A DNA stretch of 64,000 nucleotides, from NCBI GenBank assembly GCA_965242865.1, contig CBDETK010000013.1:3072001-3136000 (forward strand). The letters run 5' to 3'. A program made the position numbers and the translations under genes. How positions within the stretch are numbered: the first letter of the stretch is position 1; each line of letters begins with the position of its first letter. This stretch comes from Candidatus Latescibacterota bacterium (lineage in GTDB: Bacteria > Latescibacterota > UBA2968 > UBA8231). This document shows positions 32,926-45,467 of this stretch, piece by piece. The notes beneath the pieces were generated by a model, which was given only the letters and a program-made list of their open reading frames with translations, was not told where the DNA came from and made no database searches.

Positions 32926-33740
32926 AAACACTGCTCGCCAGCGCGCTCGCGCTCAGCGCCCTGTTGGGGTGTGAATCGTCGAGCCCCCGCGACATCGTCG
33001 CCCGCGTCGGAGACGCCGAGCTCACCGAGGGCGACTTGGTCGGCCAGCTCGCCCTTCGCCCGGATGCCGATGCCGCCGAAGGCGAGCGAGCGCAGCTCAT
33101 CGAGGACTGGGTGCGCCAAGAGTTGCTCTATCAGGAAGCACTCGCCCGGGGGCTTCATCAGCAGACGCGGCTCAAAACGCTTCTGGCGCAGCTGCGGCGC
33201 GATCTGCTGGTAGCGGCCCTGCTCGACGCCGAGTTTCAAGACCGGGAGCTCTCCTTCAGCGAGGCGGCAATTCGCCGCTACTACGACGCGCATCAAGCCG
33301 ACTTCCGCCGGGCTGCCCCCGAGATTCGGGCGCGGCACATCCTCCTGACGAGCCGGCGCGAGGCCAACGCCCAGCGTCAAACCCTGCGCCAGCGCGGCGA
33401 GAGTTTTGCCGAAGTGGCCCGCAAGTACTCGCACGACAGCGCGACCCGCAACAAGGGCGGTGAGCTGGGCTATTTCTCGGAAGCGGAAAACCCCGTGCTA
33501 TGGGCCGCGTGCCAAGACCTGCCGCTCAATCGCATCTCCGAGCCGATATACACCGAGTACGGCTACCATCTCATCCAACTCCTAGAGCACGGCGAGGTCG
33601 GCACGGTCCGCGACCTCGCGCAAGTGCGCTCTCAGATCGTCGAGACGCTGGTGCGCGAGCATCACCAATCTCAGCTCGATCAACTCGTCGCCCAACTCAA
33701 AAACTCCGCCGACTGGGCTATCGCAGCCCCCACCCCCTGA
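32922..33740 (+). CDS. Parvulin-type (PpiC) PPIase lipoprotein
   Basis: ARHIL, GGELGY, GYHLI. A complete lipoprotein signal needs a CTG start at 32922. Confidence 0.85.
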   Translation: MKTLLASALALSALLGCESSSPRDIVARVGDAELTEGDLVGQLALRPDADAAEGERAQLIEDWVRQELLYQEALARGLHQQTRLKTLLAQLRRDLLVAALLDAEFQDRELSFSEAAIRRYYDAHQADFRRAAPEIRARHILLTSRREANAQRQTLRQRGESFAEVARKYSHDSATRNKGGELGYFSEAENPVLWAACQDLPLNRISEPIYTEYGYHLIQLLEHGEVGTVRDLAQVRSQIVETLVREHHQSQLDQLVAQLKNSADWAIAAPTP

Positions 33741-33742
33741 GT

Positions 33743-35080
33743 ATGCCACTGCCTTCGCCAAATCGCCTGCTGTTGACGCTCTGCCTCGCCCTGTGTGTCG
33801 CGCCGCGAGTGAACGCCTTGCCCGAACTCATCGACCGCATCGTCGCCACCGTGGACAACCACACGATCCTCTGGTCCGAGCTCAACTACCGACTGCGCTT
33901 TGAGGCCGAGCAGCGCGGGCTTTCGATCTTTGCCGAATCCGCGGAGCTCGCGGCCGAGCGTCGCGCCATCCTCAACGCCATGATCGACGAGCAAGTGCTG
34001 GTTCTCAAGGCCAAGCAGGACAGCATTCAGATTGATCCCGCCGAAGTCGAGGAAATGCTCGGCCAGCAGTTCGAGATGGCCAAGAGCAGCATGGACGACG
34101 GGGAATTTGAGCGCATGCTGGCGCGCGTGGGCTTGAGCGAGCGCCAGCTCAAGGCTCGCTACCGCAAGGAAATCCGCCACCGCCTGCTCTCGCGCCAGAT
34201 GCGTGCCTTTGTCTCGTACCGGGTACACGTCAGCCATCGCGACGTAGAGGCGTTCCGCAGCGCACACCAAGACACCTTGCCGGCCCAAATCTCGCTCAGC
34301 CACATTCTGGTCAAGATCCAGCCCAGCGCTGAGGTGCTCCAAGAAAAACGGGCGCGAATCGAAGAGCTCCAAGCCCTGCTCGCGGCGGGTGGCGACTTTG
34401 CCACCATAGCCCGCGCCCACTCCGAAGACCCCGGCAGTGCCTCGCTCGGCGGCGACTTGGGCTGCTTCTCGCCTAGGACCTTGGTGCCCGAGTTTGAGGA
34501 AGCGGCCTTCGCCCTCAAGCCGGGCCAGACCAGCGAGCCGGTTTTGAGCCCTTATGGCTACCACCTGATACAGGTGCGCGAAAAACGCGAAACCTCCATC
34601 TGCGCCAGCCACATCCTCGTTTTGGCCAAAACCTCAGCCAGCGACCAAGCCCGGGCGCGGGAGACGCTCGCGGATTTGCGCGGTCGCGCCCTGAACAGCG
34701 AGGAGTTTTCCCAACTCGCTCGCCAGTATTCGGCCAACCCGCAGACGGCCATGCAGGGCGGCCTCTGGGGGACCTTCCCCAAGGACCAGATTCCCAACTT
34801 CCTCCAGCCGTACCTCCGCGACCTCAAGCTGGGCGGCATCAGCGAGCCTTTCTTTTTAGACGATGGGGGCTACATCGTCAAAATCAACGACGACCAAGCC
34901 GTGCTCGAGGGCCTGATTCGCGACATCCGCACCGAAGCGGCCATGCGCCAGTTAATCGACGAATACCGCCAGCAAATCCACGTTGAGATTCGGCTCGACG
35001 AGGAAAACTTGCGACGACCAGTACGGGATGCGACTGGATATATTTCTGAAGAACACGGGGCTGATCAAGCAGCGCAGTGA
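33743..35080 (+). CDS. surA: SurA-like chaperone with two parvulin domains
   Basis: IDRIVATVD SurA N-domain; SHILV, GGDLG, PEFEEAAF, GYHLI, GGLWG. Confidence 0.85.
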   Translation: MPLPSPNRLLLTLCLALCVAPRVNALPELIDRIVATVDNHTILWSELNYRLRFEAEQRGLSIFAESAELAAERRAILNAMIDEQVLVLKAKQDSIQIDPAEVEEMLGQQFEMAKSSMDDGEFERMLARVGLSERQLKARYRKEIRHRLLSRQMRAFVSYRVHVSHRDVEAFRSAHQDTLPAQISLSHILVKIQPSAEVLQEKRARIEELQALLAAGGDFATIARAHSEDPGSASLGGDLGCFSPRTLVPEFEEAAFALKPGQTSEPVLSPYGYHLIQVREKRETSICASHILVLAKTSASDQARARETLADLRGRALNSEEFSQLARQYSANPQTAMQGGLWGTFPKDQIPNFLQPYLRDLKLGGISEPFFLDDGGYIVKINDDQAVLEGLIRDIRTEAAMRQLIDEYRQQIHVEIRLDEENLRRPVRDATGYISEEHGADQAAQ

Positions 35081-35309
35081 AGCCAAGCGGGCCTGCGACG
35101 CCGGCCGAGTGCAAATCGGCGGCCAGCCGGCCAAGGCTTCTCACGCCGTGGTCGTGGGCGAGCAGATCCACCTCGTCACGCCCACTCGCCTGCTCGACAT
35201 TGAGGTGCTCGGCGTCCCAACGCACCCGCCCGCCCGGCGGGACCGCCGCCGCTTTTACCGGATCCTCCGCGAGGAATACCGCGACCCATACGAAGACTTG
35301 AGCTTTTAG
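35028..35309 (+). CDS. S4-domain RNA-binding protein (RqcP/YabO/Hsp15-like)
   Basis: MRLDIFLKNTGLIKQRSEAKRACDAGRV..AKAS; overlaps the surA 3' end by 53 nt. Confidence 0.88.
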   Translation: MRLDIFLKNTGLIKQRSEAKRACDAGRVQIGGQPAKASHAVVVGEQIHLVTPTRLLDIEVLGVPTHPPARRDRRRFYRILREEYRDPYEDLSF

Positions 35310-35319
35310 GACGCGAGCT

Positions 35320-36078
35320 GTGGGCAATGCAGCGCAATCGCCCTATCAAGGGCTAGCCCCCATTTACGACTATGTAATGGCCCATGTCGATTACGGCGCG
35401 TGGGCCGCTTACATCCACGCGCTTTTCGCCCGCTTTGCCCCAGACGCCGTTTGCGTCGCGGACTTGGCCTGCGGCACCGGCAACATGTCTTTCGCGCTCC
35501 ACCGCCTCGGCTATGAGGTAACGGGCGTGGACCGCTCCGCGGCCATGCTGCGGGTCGCCGGCGAAAAGGCCGTCGGCACCGATGTCGAGTTCGTCCAGCG
35601 GGACTTGCGCCAGCTAGCCGGCCTCGGGCCTTTTGACGCGGCCACTTGCCTGTACGACAGCGTCAACTATCTGCTCGCCCCCGCCGATCTCGACGCGGCC
35701 CTGCGCGGCGCACAGGCCATGGTGCAGCCGGGTGGGCTCTTCGTCTTTGACATCTGCACAGAGCGCAATTCGCTGCGCTACTTCCGCAATGCGCGCACCA
35801 GCGAGCGGGGGCCGGGCTTTTCCTACGAGCGGCACAGCATCTACGACCCAGACCAGCGGCTCCAGAGCAACCACTTCCGCATCCGCCGCGACGGGAGCGC
35901 CGTCGCGCTAGAGGAAACCCATGTTCAGCGCATTTATCCGGTCGCGGCTGTCGTCGCCCGCGTTGAGGCGAGTGCTTGGGAGTTGCTCGCGTTCTTTGAC
36001 GGCTTCACCTTTGACGAGGGAACCGAGGAATCAGACCGCATTCACTTCGTCCTACGCGCTCCGCGAGCGGAGAAATGA
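35320..36078 (+). CDS. Class I SAM-dependent methyltransferase
   Basis: DLACGTG, GVDRSAAML, CLYDSVNY, PGGLFVFD. Confidence 0.92.
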   Translation: MGNAAQSPYQGLAPIYDYVMAHVDYGAWAAYIHALFARFAPDAVCVADLACGTGNMSFALHRLGYEVTGVDRSAAMLRVAGEKAVGTDVEFVQRDLRQLAGLGPFDAATCLYDSVNYLLAPADLDAALRGAQAMVQPGGLFVFDICTERNSLRYFRNARTSERGPGFSYERHSIYDPDQRLQSNHFRIRRDGSAVALEETHVQRIYPVAAVVARVEASAWELLAFFDGFTFDEGTEESDRIHFVLRAPRAEK

Positions 36079-37049
36079 CTTTGGACCTGCCCCTAAGAGC
36101 AACGCACGCATTCCTTGAGGAAGCGGACGACTTCCTGCTTACGACCCACGTCAACAGCGACGCCGATGGCCTAGGGGCCTGCATGGCTTGGGCGCAGCTG
36201 CTGAGGGGCCTCGGCAAGCGCGCCGACATCGGCCTGCCCGAGCCGCCCGTAGATCAATGCTCCTTTCTCGCCGGCTGGGACGGCGTGCGCCACTTTGCCG
36301 ACCTCGACTTGGCCCGCTATCGCTGCGCCATTGTCGCGGACTGTCCTTCCCTCGACCGCATCGGCCCGGTGAGCCCCAGTCTCAGCCCCGACATTCGCCT
36401 CCTCAACATCGATCACCACCGCGGCAACGAGGGCTTCGGCGCGGTGAACATCGTGGCGGAAATCAGCTCTACCTGCGAGCTCCTCTACCATCTCGCCATC
36501 GGCCTCGGCTATGCGATCGACGCCGCTGTCGCCGCCCAGCTCTATGCGGGGATTCTCTTTGATACCGGCGGCTTTCGCTTCTCGCTAACGACGGCGACCA
36601 CCTTTGAAGTGGCGGCCGATCTGGTGCGGCGCGGCGTCCGTCTAGACGCTATCGCCGAAGGGGTCTTTGGCAACAAGAGCCTCGGCGCGGTCAAACAGCG
36701 CGGCCAAGCCATTGAGAGCTTGGTGCTGCGCCTTGGCGGCCGCGTGGCAGTGCTCCAGCTCGACCACGAAGCCATGGGCGCGGGCGAACCGGACGAAGTC
36801 GTCAACTACGGCTTGATGATCAGGGGCGTCGAAGTGGCCGTGCTGCTCAAGGAACGCGCCCCCGGGTGCTACCGCATCAGCTTGCGCTCCCGCGACCGGG
36901 TCGACGTCAGCCAAGTCGCCGGCACTTTTGGCGGCGGCGGTCACGCTCGCGCGGCCGGGCTAGAGCGAACGGGTGTGCCCCAAGACATTGTTGAGAGCGT
37001 ATTGGCCGAAATTGACCGGCACTTGCGCTTTAGTAATAATTATTCTTAA
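36075..37049 (+). CDS. nrnA: DHH/DHHA1 phosphoesterase (NrnA-like)
   Basis: HVNSDADG, NIDHH, DTGGF, SLRS, GGGGHARAAG. Confidence 0.88.
   Translation: MTLDLPLRATHAFLEEADDFLLTTHVNSDADGLGACMAWAQLLRGLGKRADIGLPEPPVDQCSFLAGWDGVRHFADLDLARYRCAIVADCPSLDRIGPVSPSLSPDIRLLNIDHHRGNEGFGAVNIVAEISSTCELLYHLAIGLGYAIDAAVAAQLYAGILFDTGGFRFSLTTATTFEVAADLVRRGVRLDAIAEGVFGNKSLGAVKQRGQAIESLVLRLGGRVAVLQLDHEAMGAGEPDEVVNYGLMIRGVEVAVLLKERAPGCYRISLRSRDRVDVSQVAGTFGGGGHARAAGLERTGVPQDIVESVLAEIDRHLRFSNNYS
37031..37048. promoter_or_regulatory. Possible ARG box or AT-rich promoter upstream of argF
   Basis: TAGTAATAATTATTCTTA; 3 mismatches to WNTGAATWWWWATTCANW. Confidence 0.3.
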
Positions 37050-37091
37050 TTATCAATTTTTATTTCACTCCAAAAGGAGCAAGACGTTCCA

Positions 37092-38006
37092 TTGCATTTA
37101 ATTACCTTAAAAGACTGGTCCCCAGCCGATGTGCAGCAAGCTGTCGAGCTCGGCCTCGCGGTCAAGGCTACCCCGCCGCACTACGCCGACGCCCTCTCTG
37201 GCCGCACAGTGGTCCTGCTCTTCCAAAAGACTTCGACCCGCACCCGCTGCGCCGGCGAAATCGGCACCGCTCAGCTAGGCGGTCACGCCCTCTATCTCGA
37301 TTGGGTAAACACCAACTTCGGCCTCGCCGACTTGGGCGACGAGTTCCGCGTACTCTCCGGCTACTCGGACTTCATCGTCGCTCGCTTGCTCGAACACGCC
37401 GATGTGCGCCGCGCTGCCGCGGCCTCGCAAGTACCGCTGATGAACGGCTGCTGCAACCGCTACCACCCCTTGCAGGCATTGGCCGACCTAATGACCCTCC
37501 AGGAGGCTTTCGGGCGGCTCGAAGGAGTGCGCCTGACTTATGTCGGGGTACTCAACAACGTCGCCAACTCGCTCATTGCCGCTGGCGTCAAAGTGGGCAT
37601 GCACGTCACCTGCGTCTGCCCGGAGGTCAACGAGGCCGCCCGCGACGACGAACTCTACGCCGAAGCCCAGCGCTTGGGCCTCTATGAGCACACCGAGGCC
37701 CTGCATCCGGCGTTGGCAAAGTCTGACGCCGTGTACACCGACACTTGGATCGACATGGAGTTTTTCACCGACCCCCAATACGCCCGCGAAAAGGAGCGCC
37801 GGGTCCAGACCTTTCAGCCCTATCAACTCAGCCGCGAGTTGCTCGCCGGCCTAGACCTGAAAATCCTGCACTGCCTGCCCGCCCACCACGGCTATGAGAT
37901 CGAAGGTGCCCTCTTGCACGACGAACGCTCCCTGATATTCACCCAAGCCGAAAACCGCCTGCACAGCCAGAAGGCCGTGTTGCTCAAGCTGGCAGCGGCG
38001 GTATAG
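37092..38006 (+). CDS. argF: Ornithine carbamoyltransferase
   Basis: FQKTSTRT, HPLQ, HCLP, QAENR; YTDTWIDM in place of the usual SMG loop; TTG start after AAGGAG. Confidence 0.88.
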   Translation: MHLITLKDWSPADVQQAVELGLAVKATPPHYADALSGRTVVLLFQKTSTRTRCAGEIGTAQLGGHALYLDWVNTNFGLADLGDEFRVLSGYSDFIVARLLEHADVRRAAAASQVPLMNGCCNRYHPLQALADLMTLQEAFGRLEGVRLTYVGVLNNVANSLIAAGVKVGMHVTCVCPEVNEAARDDELYAEAQRLGLYEHTEALHPALAKSDAVYTDTWIDMEFFTDPQYAREKERRVQTFQPYQLSRELLAGLDLKILHCLPAHHGYEIEGALLHDERSLIFTQAENRLHSQKAVLLKLAAAV

Positions 38007-38012
38007 TACCGT

Positions 38013-38771
38013 ATGATTCGGCATATTGGTTGGGGCTTTGTGGGTTGTGTGCTGCTCGCGCAATGCTTGGAGGCCGAGACCGAAAGAACACACCAAATCG
38101 GCGTTGGTTTCGGTTCGTCTTGGGTGAGAAGCAAAGACGATCTGATTTCGCTTTTTACGTACAATGGGGGTGGACGAGCCGGACTCATTCAATACCGCTC
38201 GCAAAATTCCAAAAGCCATCACTATATATCCTTGATAGCAGGTGCCAGCAGGCTCCCATCGCTCAACAATTCGATCCCATTCTATAGGCGTGAACTCGAA
38301 GCATATCGCATGCAGATACGGTACACATATCGCCGCTACTTCCAACCTGATTCGCCCAAGCGCATACGCCTTCTTTGGGGTGTCGTACAACAGGCATTTA
38401 TCCATTTTCGCCGATACAACAGTAGTAGAAATCTAAATGAGATTTTTGGTGAAGGCGTCGGTTCGGTGCAACCGTTAATAGCACTGCAATTGGAATGGAC
38501 GAGATCGTCTCTGACCTATGAACTATCTGTACCGGCACTCACGTTCTTACTTTACTCCGACTACATCCCTGATATAGATTTCCAGCTAACGAGCCTACAC
38601 CGATTTTTGAGCGTGGAACACAGTCTCGACTGGACGCATAAAATCGGCGACAGGTGGTATATCCACATACAGTATTGGGGACAGTTCTATCGCTATACCA
38701 CACCGAAATCCACGAGTCCCAAGCGAATAGGCATCGATCAGCTACACGGATGGATCTATTGGGAGTTTTAG
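38013..38771 (+). CDS. Hypothetical outer-membrane beta-barrel-like protein (lower GC)
   Basis: Signal peptide; aromatic amphipathic strands; ends WIYWEF. Confidence 0.6.
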   Translation: MIRHIGWGFVGCVLLAQCLEAETERTHQIGVGFGSSWVRSKDDLISLFTYNGGGRAGLIQYRSQNSKSHHYISLIAGASRLPSLNNSIPFYRRELEAYRMQIRYTYRRYFQPDSPKRIRLLWGVVQQAFIHFRRYNSSRNLNEIFGEGVGSVQPLIALQLEWTRSSLTYELSVPALTFLLYSDYIPDIDFQLTSLHRFLSVEHSLDWTHKIGDRWYIHIQYWGQFYRYTTPKSTSPKRIGIDQLHGWIYWEF

Positions 38772-38774
38772 ACC

Positions 38775-39794
38775 GTGAAAACTTGCCGTCCAACACACTT
38801 TATTTTTGTACTCTTATGCGTAGGGTGTAGCCGAGCCATTACCAACGCCCCACCAGAAAGTACACCCGAGCGCAATTTTGAGTACCTTTGGCAAGAATAC
38901 GACCGCCTCTATCCTTCATTTGAACTCAAAGGCGTGGACTGGGATTCGGTCTATGCCGTTTATCGCCCGCAGATCACACCACAAACCACAGATCAAGAAC
39001 TCTTTCTCGTTATGCGCCAGATGCTCGCAACCCTGCAAGATGGGCATGTAAGCCTCGACACACCCACGGAGTATTATTCATACACTGCTTATTGGGATCA
39101 ATATCCGATCAACTATGACCGCGATATTTTACGCACCTACTATTTGGGTGGTGCCATGAAAGGCACAAACAGCCCCATAACATATCGCTTGTTGGACGAG
39201 CAAATCGGATATGTTTACATCGACAATTTCGGAGGTACTAATTGGGGAGATCGTATTGAAATCGCCTTAAAAAGAATGAAGCCCCTAAAAGGGCTTATTG
39301 TCGATGTGCGTAACAACGGCGGAGGCGCCAAACAAAATGCAGAGGATATTGCTGGTAGATTTACACGACAAAAGAGATTATACGCGCATGGTCAATGGCG
39401 CAACGGGCCTCATCGCAGTGATTTAGCTTCTATCCAATTGTACTTTGAACCCAAAGGCAAGGTCAAATTTACCAAACCAACCGTCGTACTCACCAACCGT
39501 TCCTCTTTTAGCTCAGCAGAGCTCTTTGTACTGATGATGCGTACGTTGCCTCATATCACCGTCGTTGGCGACACAACGGGAGGCGGTTCTTCAGGCGACA
39601 CAACCTTTCGTGAACTGCCCAACGGCTGGATCTTTAGAGTTCCGAGCTCATTGCTCTCTGCCCCCAATTTTGAACCTTACCACGAAGGCAATGGTCTGGC
39701 TCCCGACGTCTGGGTTTCGACGCCGGATGACCTTTTAGCAAGTGGAACGGATCGCATTTTTGAAGCAGCCGTTGACATATTGCGAGAGGAGTGA
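38775..39794 (+). CDS. S41 family peptidase lipoprotein (lower GC)
   Basis: LCVGC lipobox; NFEYLW, LQDGHV, IVDVRNNGGG, SFSSAE, GDTTGG, GLAPD. Confidence 0.9.
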   Translation: MKTCRPTHFIFVLLCVGCSRAITNAPPESTPERNFEYLWQEYDRLYPSFELKGVDWDSVYAVYRPQITPQTTDQELFLVMRQMLATLQDGHVSLDTPTEYYSYTAYWDQYPINYDRDILRTYYLGGAMKGTNSPITYRLLDEQIGYVYIDNFGGTNWGDRIEIALKRMKPLKGLIVDVRNNGGGAKQNAEDIAGRFTRQKRLYAHGQWRNGPHRSDLASIQLYFEPKGKVKFTKPTVVLTNRSSFSSAELFVLMMRTLPHITVVGDTTGGGSSGDTTFRELPNGWIFRVPSSLLSAPNFEPYHEGNGLAPDVWVSTPDDLLASGTDRIFEAAVDILREE

Positions 39795-39902
39795 TACACC
39801 ACGCACCCGCCTGCAAGTTGCCGTTGCGTCCGGGATCGAGGGTGTCCCGCCCTTGACCTTGTGAAGACTGTAGTAAGGTTATCGTTCAAAAGATGCATTT
39901 CC

Positions 39903-40381
39903 TCACCCCTCTTCCCGCACCCACGTCCCGCTCTGCCCGCCCCGTTTCTCCACGAGCCGCAGCTCGGAAATCACCATTCCGCGATCGACGCCCTTGCACA
40001 TGTCGTAGATCGTCAAAAGTGCCGTGCTCGCCGCCACCAGCGCCTCCATCTCTACTCCCGTGCGGTCGTCAATCCTCGCCTCGGCCTCGACTTCAACCCG
40101 ATCCGCGCCGACGTGCAAATCCACGCGGACCGCGGTCAGGTTGAGCGGGTGGCACAAGGGGATTAACTCTCCCGTGCGCTTGGCGGCCATGATCCCGGCC
40201 AAGCGCGCCGCTTCCAAGACGCTGCCCTTGGCGACTTTGTCCTCCGCGATCAGCCGCGCCGTCGCGCCATCCATGCGAATCTCGCCGCGCACCCGCGCCC
40301 GCCGCGCCGTCGGCTCCTTGCCGCTCACATCAACCATCTTGAGGCGGCCCTGCTCGTCGAGGTGAGTCAGCGCGTCGGTCA

Positions 40382-40382
<1 letters not shown>
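39903..40382 (-). CDS. moaC: Cyclic pyranopterin monophosphate synthase
   Basis: LTHLD..MVDVS, LIPLCHP, TGVEMEAL, TIYDMCK, EKRGG. Confidence 0.97.
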
Positions 40383-41635
<1,253 letters not shown>

Positions 41636-41719
41636 AAGAGTAAGACTCCTCGTTCTTTGTATTTAAGGGAATAAAAGGAATAATCGGCCCCTGGGGCCGA
41701 GCGGTCGCGGCTTTTGAAT

Positions 41720-42406
41720 CTAAGGATTTCGCTCGAGACGGCCAATGCGAGCCGCCAAGGCCCGGCGCTCGACCTCGACCAACTCGCAGGCGAATACCTC
41801 GCTATATGCGCGCAGGAGTTCAGCCTCGACTTCGCTCTGGTCCAACGTACGCCCCAGCAGCGCGGTCATCGTAGTCATTTCCTCGCTTCCCAAGCCGCAG
41901 GGCTTGATCGCCGCAAAGTAGCTCAAGTCGGTAGTCACATTCAGGGCCAGACCGTGCGCCGTGATCCAGTGCCGCACGTTGACGCCGATCGACGCCACTT
42001 TGGACGAGCCGACCCAAGCACCGGTCAAGCCGCCCCGCGCCTCTCCCTCCAAGCCAAAAGCGTCCAACGTGCGGATTAGCACGGTCTCCAGATCGCGCAA
42101 GTACTGGTGTACATCCCGACCGCGCTGACGCAGATCGACAATCGGATAGGCCACAATCTGGCCCGGCCCGTGAAACGTCACGCTGCCTCCGCGATCAATC
42201 GCGACCACCGCTAGCCCTTTGGCTAGGAGATGCTCGGGCCGCGTCGCCCGTCCGCCGGTATAGGTTGGCGGGTGTTCAACCAACATCAGCGCGTCTGGAA
42301 TTTGCTCGGCTCGCCGCAACTGGCGCAGCGACTTTTGCCAAGCCCAAGCCCGGGCAAAATCGATCCGCCCGACTCGGCAAAGGTGCGTTTCATTCGACCT
42401 ATTCAA
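41720..42406 (-). CDS. lipB: Lipoyl(octanoyl) transferase
   Basis: EHPPTYT, RGGSVTFHGPGQ, KVASIG, HGLALN, PCG. Confidence 0.95.
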   Translation of the reverse strand: MNRSNETHLCRVGRIDFARAWAWQKSLRQLRRAEQIPDALMLVEHPPTYTGGRATRPEHLLAKGLAVVAIDRGGSVTFHGPGQIVAYPIVDLRQRGRDVHQYLRDLETVLIRTLDAFGLEGEARGGLTGAWVGSSKVASIGVNVRHWITAHGLALNVTTDLSYFAAIKPCGLGSEEMTTMTALLGRTLDQSEVEAELLRAYSEVFACELVEVERRALAARIGRLERNP

Positions 42407-42457
42407 GGATTGTCCAAGCTACCTTTCACGATATATCTTTTTGGTAAGGAACCATTC

Positions 42458-42693
42458 ATGCTCATCAAAATTACTTCCAAGCACCAAGTCACCTTCCCTG
42501 CCAGCGTATTGGACGCGCTAGGCGTAGGGCTAGGCGATCGGCTCTCCCTAGAGGAAGGCCCGGATGGCTTCATACTGCGGCCCCAGCGAATTGATTCCAC
42601 ACGCCTCGCCCCCTCAAAGATAAGCTAGTGCGCGGCAAGGGGGCGTTCGATCTCCAGTCCTTCCGAGACCAATTTCAGAGCTTGCTCGATTAG
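42458..42693 (+). pseudogene. AbrB/MazE/SpoVT-type antitoxin, probably frameshifted; no toxin partner
   Basis: MLIKITSKHQVTFPASVLDALG..GD. After the C5 run at 42609-42613, the -1 frame continues LKDKLVRGKGAFDLQSFRDQ. Confidence 0.65.
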
Positions 42694-42848
42694 TATTTAG
42701 CCCCCTCTGCCCACACCCGCTACGGCTACCGAGCAGCTGTCGGCGGCGATGCGGATTATCCCACCCCACCGGGCGTCCGGCAAAAAGTAGAGGTCATTTT
42801 TGCACAAAAAGGGGGAGATGTCTATATTCAACAGTTCAACTTTGCTTT

Positions 42849-42875
42849 TTAGCACTCTCTTTTTTTGAGTGCCAG
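42849..42875. promoter_or_regulatory. CIRCE element (HrcA operator)
   Basis: TTAGCACTC-N9-GAGTGCCAG, about 60 bp upstream of groEL. Confidence 0.9.
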
Positions 42876-42895
42876 ATTTTATTTAATGGCTATAA

Positions 42896-44575
<1,680 letters not shown>

Positions 44576-44595
44576 ATAGCCCTTCTGTCGCATAG

Positions 44596-44633
44596 AAAAG
44601 GCTCGCTGCTTCTTTGGCAGCGAGCCTTTTTTT
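44596..44633. terminator. Bidirectional intrinsic terminator
   Basis: AAAAGGCTCGCTGC-TTCTTTG-GCAGCGAGCCTTTTTTT. Confidence 0.9.
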
Positions 44634-45384
44634 ATTGCCACAATCTATAGAGCAAGGGGTCGCGGAACTGCCCATCCTCTTGAACGGCGTAGTGCAACCC
44701 CGGCCTCTGGGATCTACGCCCTGCGTCCAAGAGCGCGATGGACTGCCCCTTGAGCACGTAGTCCCCCACCTTGACGAGCAGGCGAGCGTTGTACCCGTAG
44801 TGGGTCAACAGACCATTGCCGTGGTCGAGAATCACCACGTAGCCGAGGTCCTTGTCGTAGCTCGCTTGCAGCACTTGACCAGCGGCACTAGCCCGTACCA
44901 AGCTGCCCGCGGCCCCAGCAATAACAACCGAGGGGGCGGCCTCGCTAAAGGGCCTAATCACTGGCCCGCGCAACGGCCACAAGGTGGGGACGGTATGCAC
45001 TTGCCCCCAACTCAGCCGCTGCATGGAGGAGATGTAAGGGGGATCCTCGCGGCGCGGCGCGGCCTCCTCGTCTAATGTCCCGGGCTTGCCCAAGATGGCG
45101 CGTAGTTGGTCGTTGCCGCGCTTGAGCCGAACCAGCATTTTTTCGAGCCGGTCGATCTGCCCTACTTGCTCCTCGAGCAGGGCATTGTCTTGCTCTAGGC
45201 GTGCTGCCTTCTGCGCTATCCCGCGCATGTCGAGATAGGAACTAAGCCCAAAGGACAAGAGCACGAGCAAGGCGATGCTGCCCAACCCCAGCAACCACAC
45301 GAGTACGCCGGCGAGCTTAAACTCAAAGGTCTTGCGGCCCTTTTCCGGGACGACGATCAAGGTAATGTTGTTGCGCTTGAACAT
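44632..45384 (-). CDS. TM/coiled-coil protein with degenerate M23 (LytM) domain
   Basis: WPLRG, DHGNG, VKVGD..KGQSIA; Zn-ligand motifs altered. Confidence 0.85.
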   Translation of the reverse strand: MFKRNNITLIVVPEKGRKTFEFKLAGVLVWLLGLGSIALLVLLSFGLSSYLDMRGIAQKAARLEQDNALLEEQVGQIDRLEKMLVRLKRGNDQLRAILGKPGTLDEEAAPRREDPPYISSMQRLSWGQVHTVPTLWPLRGPVIRPFSEAAPSVVIAGAAGSLVRASAAGQVLQASYDKDLGYVVILDHGNGLLTHYGYNARLLVKVGDYVLKGQSIALLDAGRRSQRPGLHYAVQEDGQFRDPLLYRLWQ

Positions 45385-45467
45385 GGGTTAATACCAGTCC
45401 GTTTCTTTTCTTACATTTATTCGACGCCTAAGCTGCGCTTCTTCCCTAAAAAAACAACCGATCGCCC

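Noticed and set aside
35028-35080. 53-nt overlap of surA with the S4 gene as a frameshift
   Set aside because: Both proteins look complete; best explained by a short C-terminal extension of SurA.
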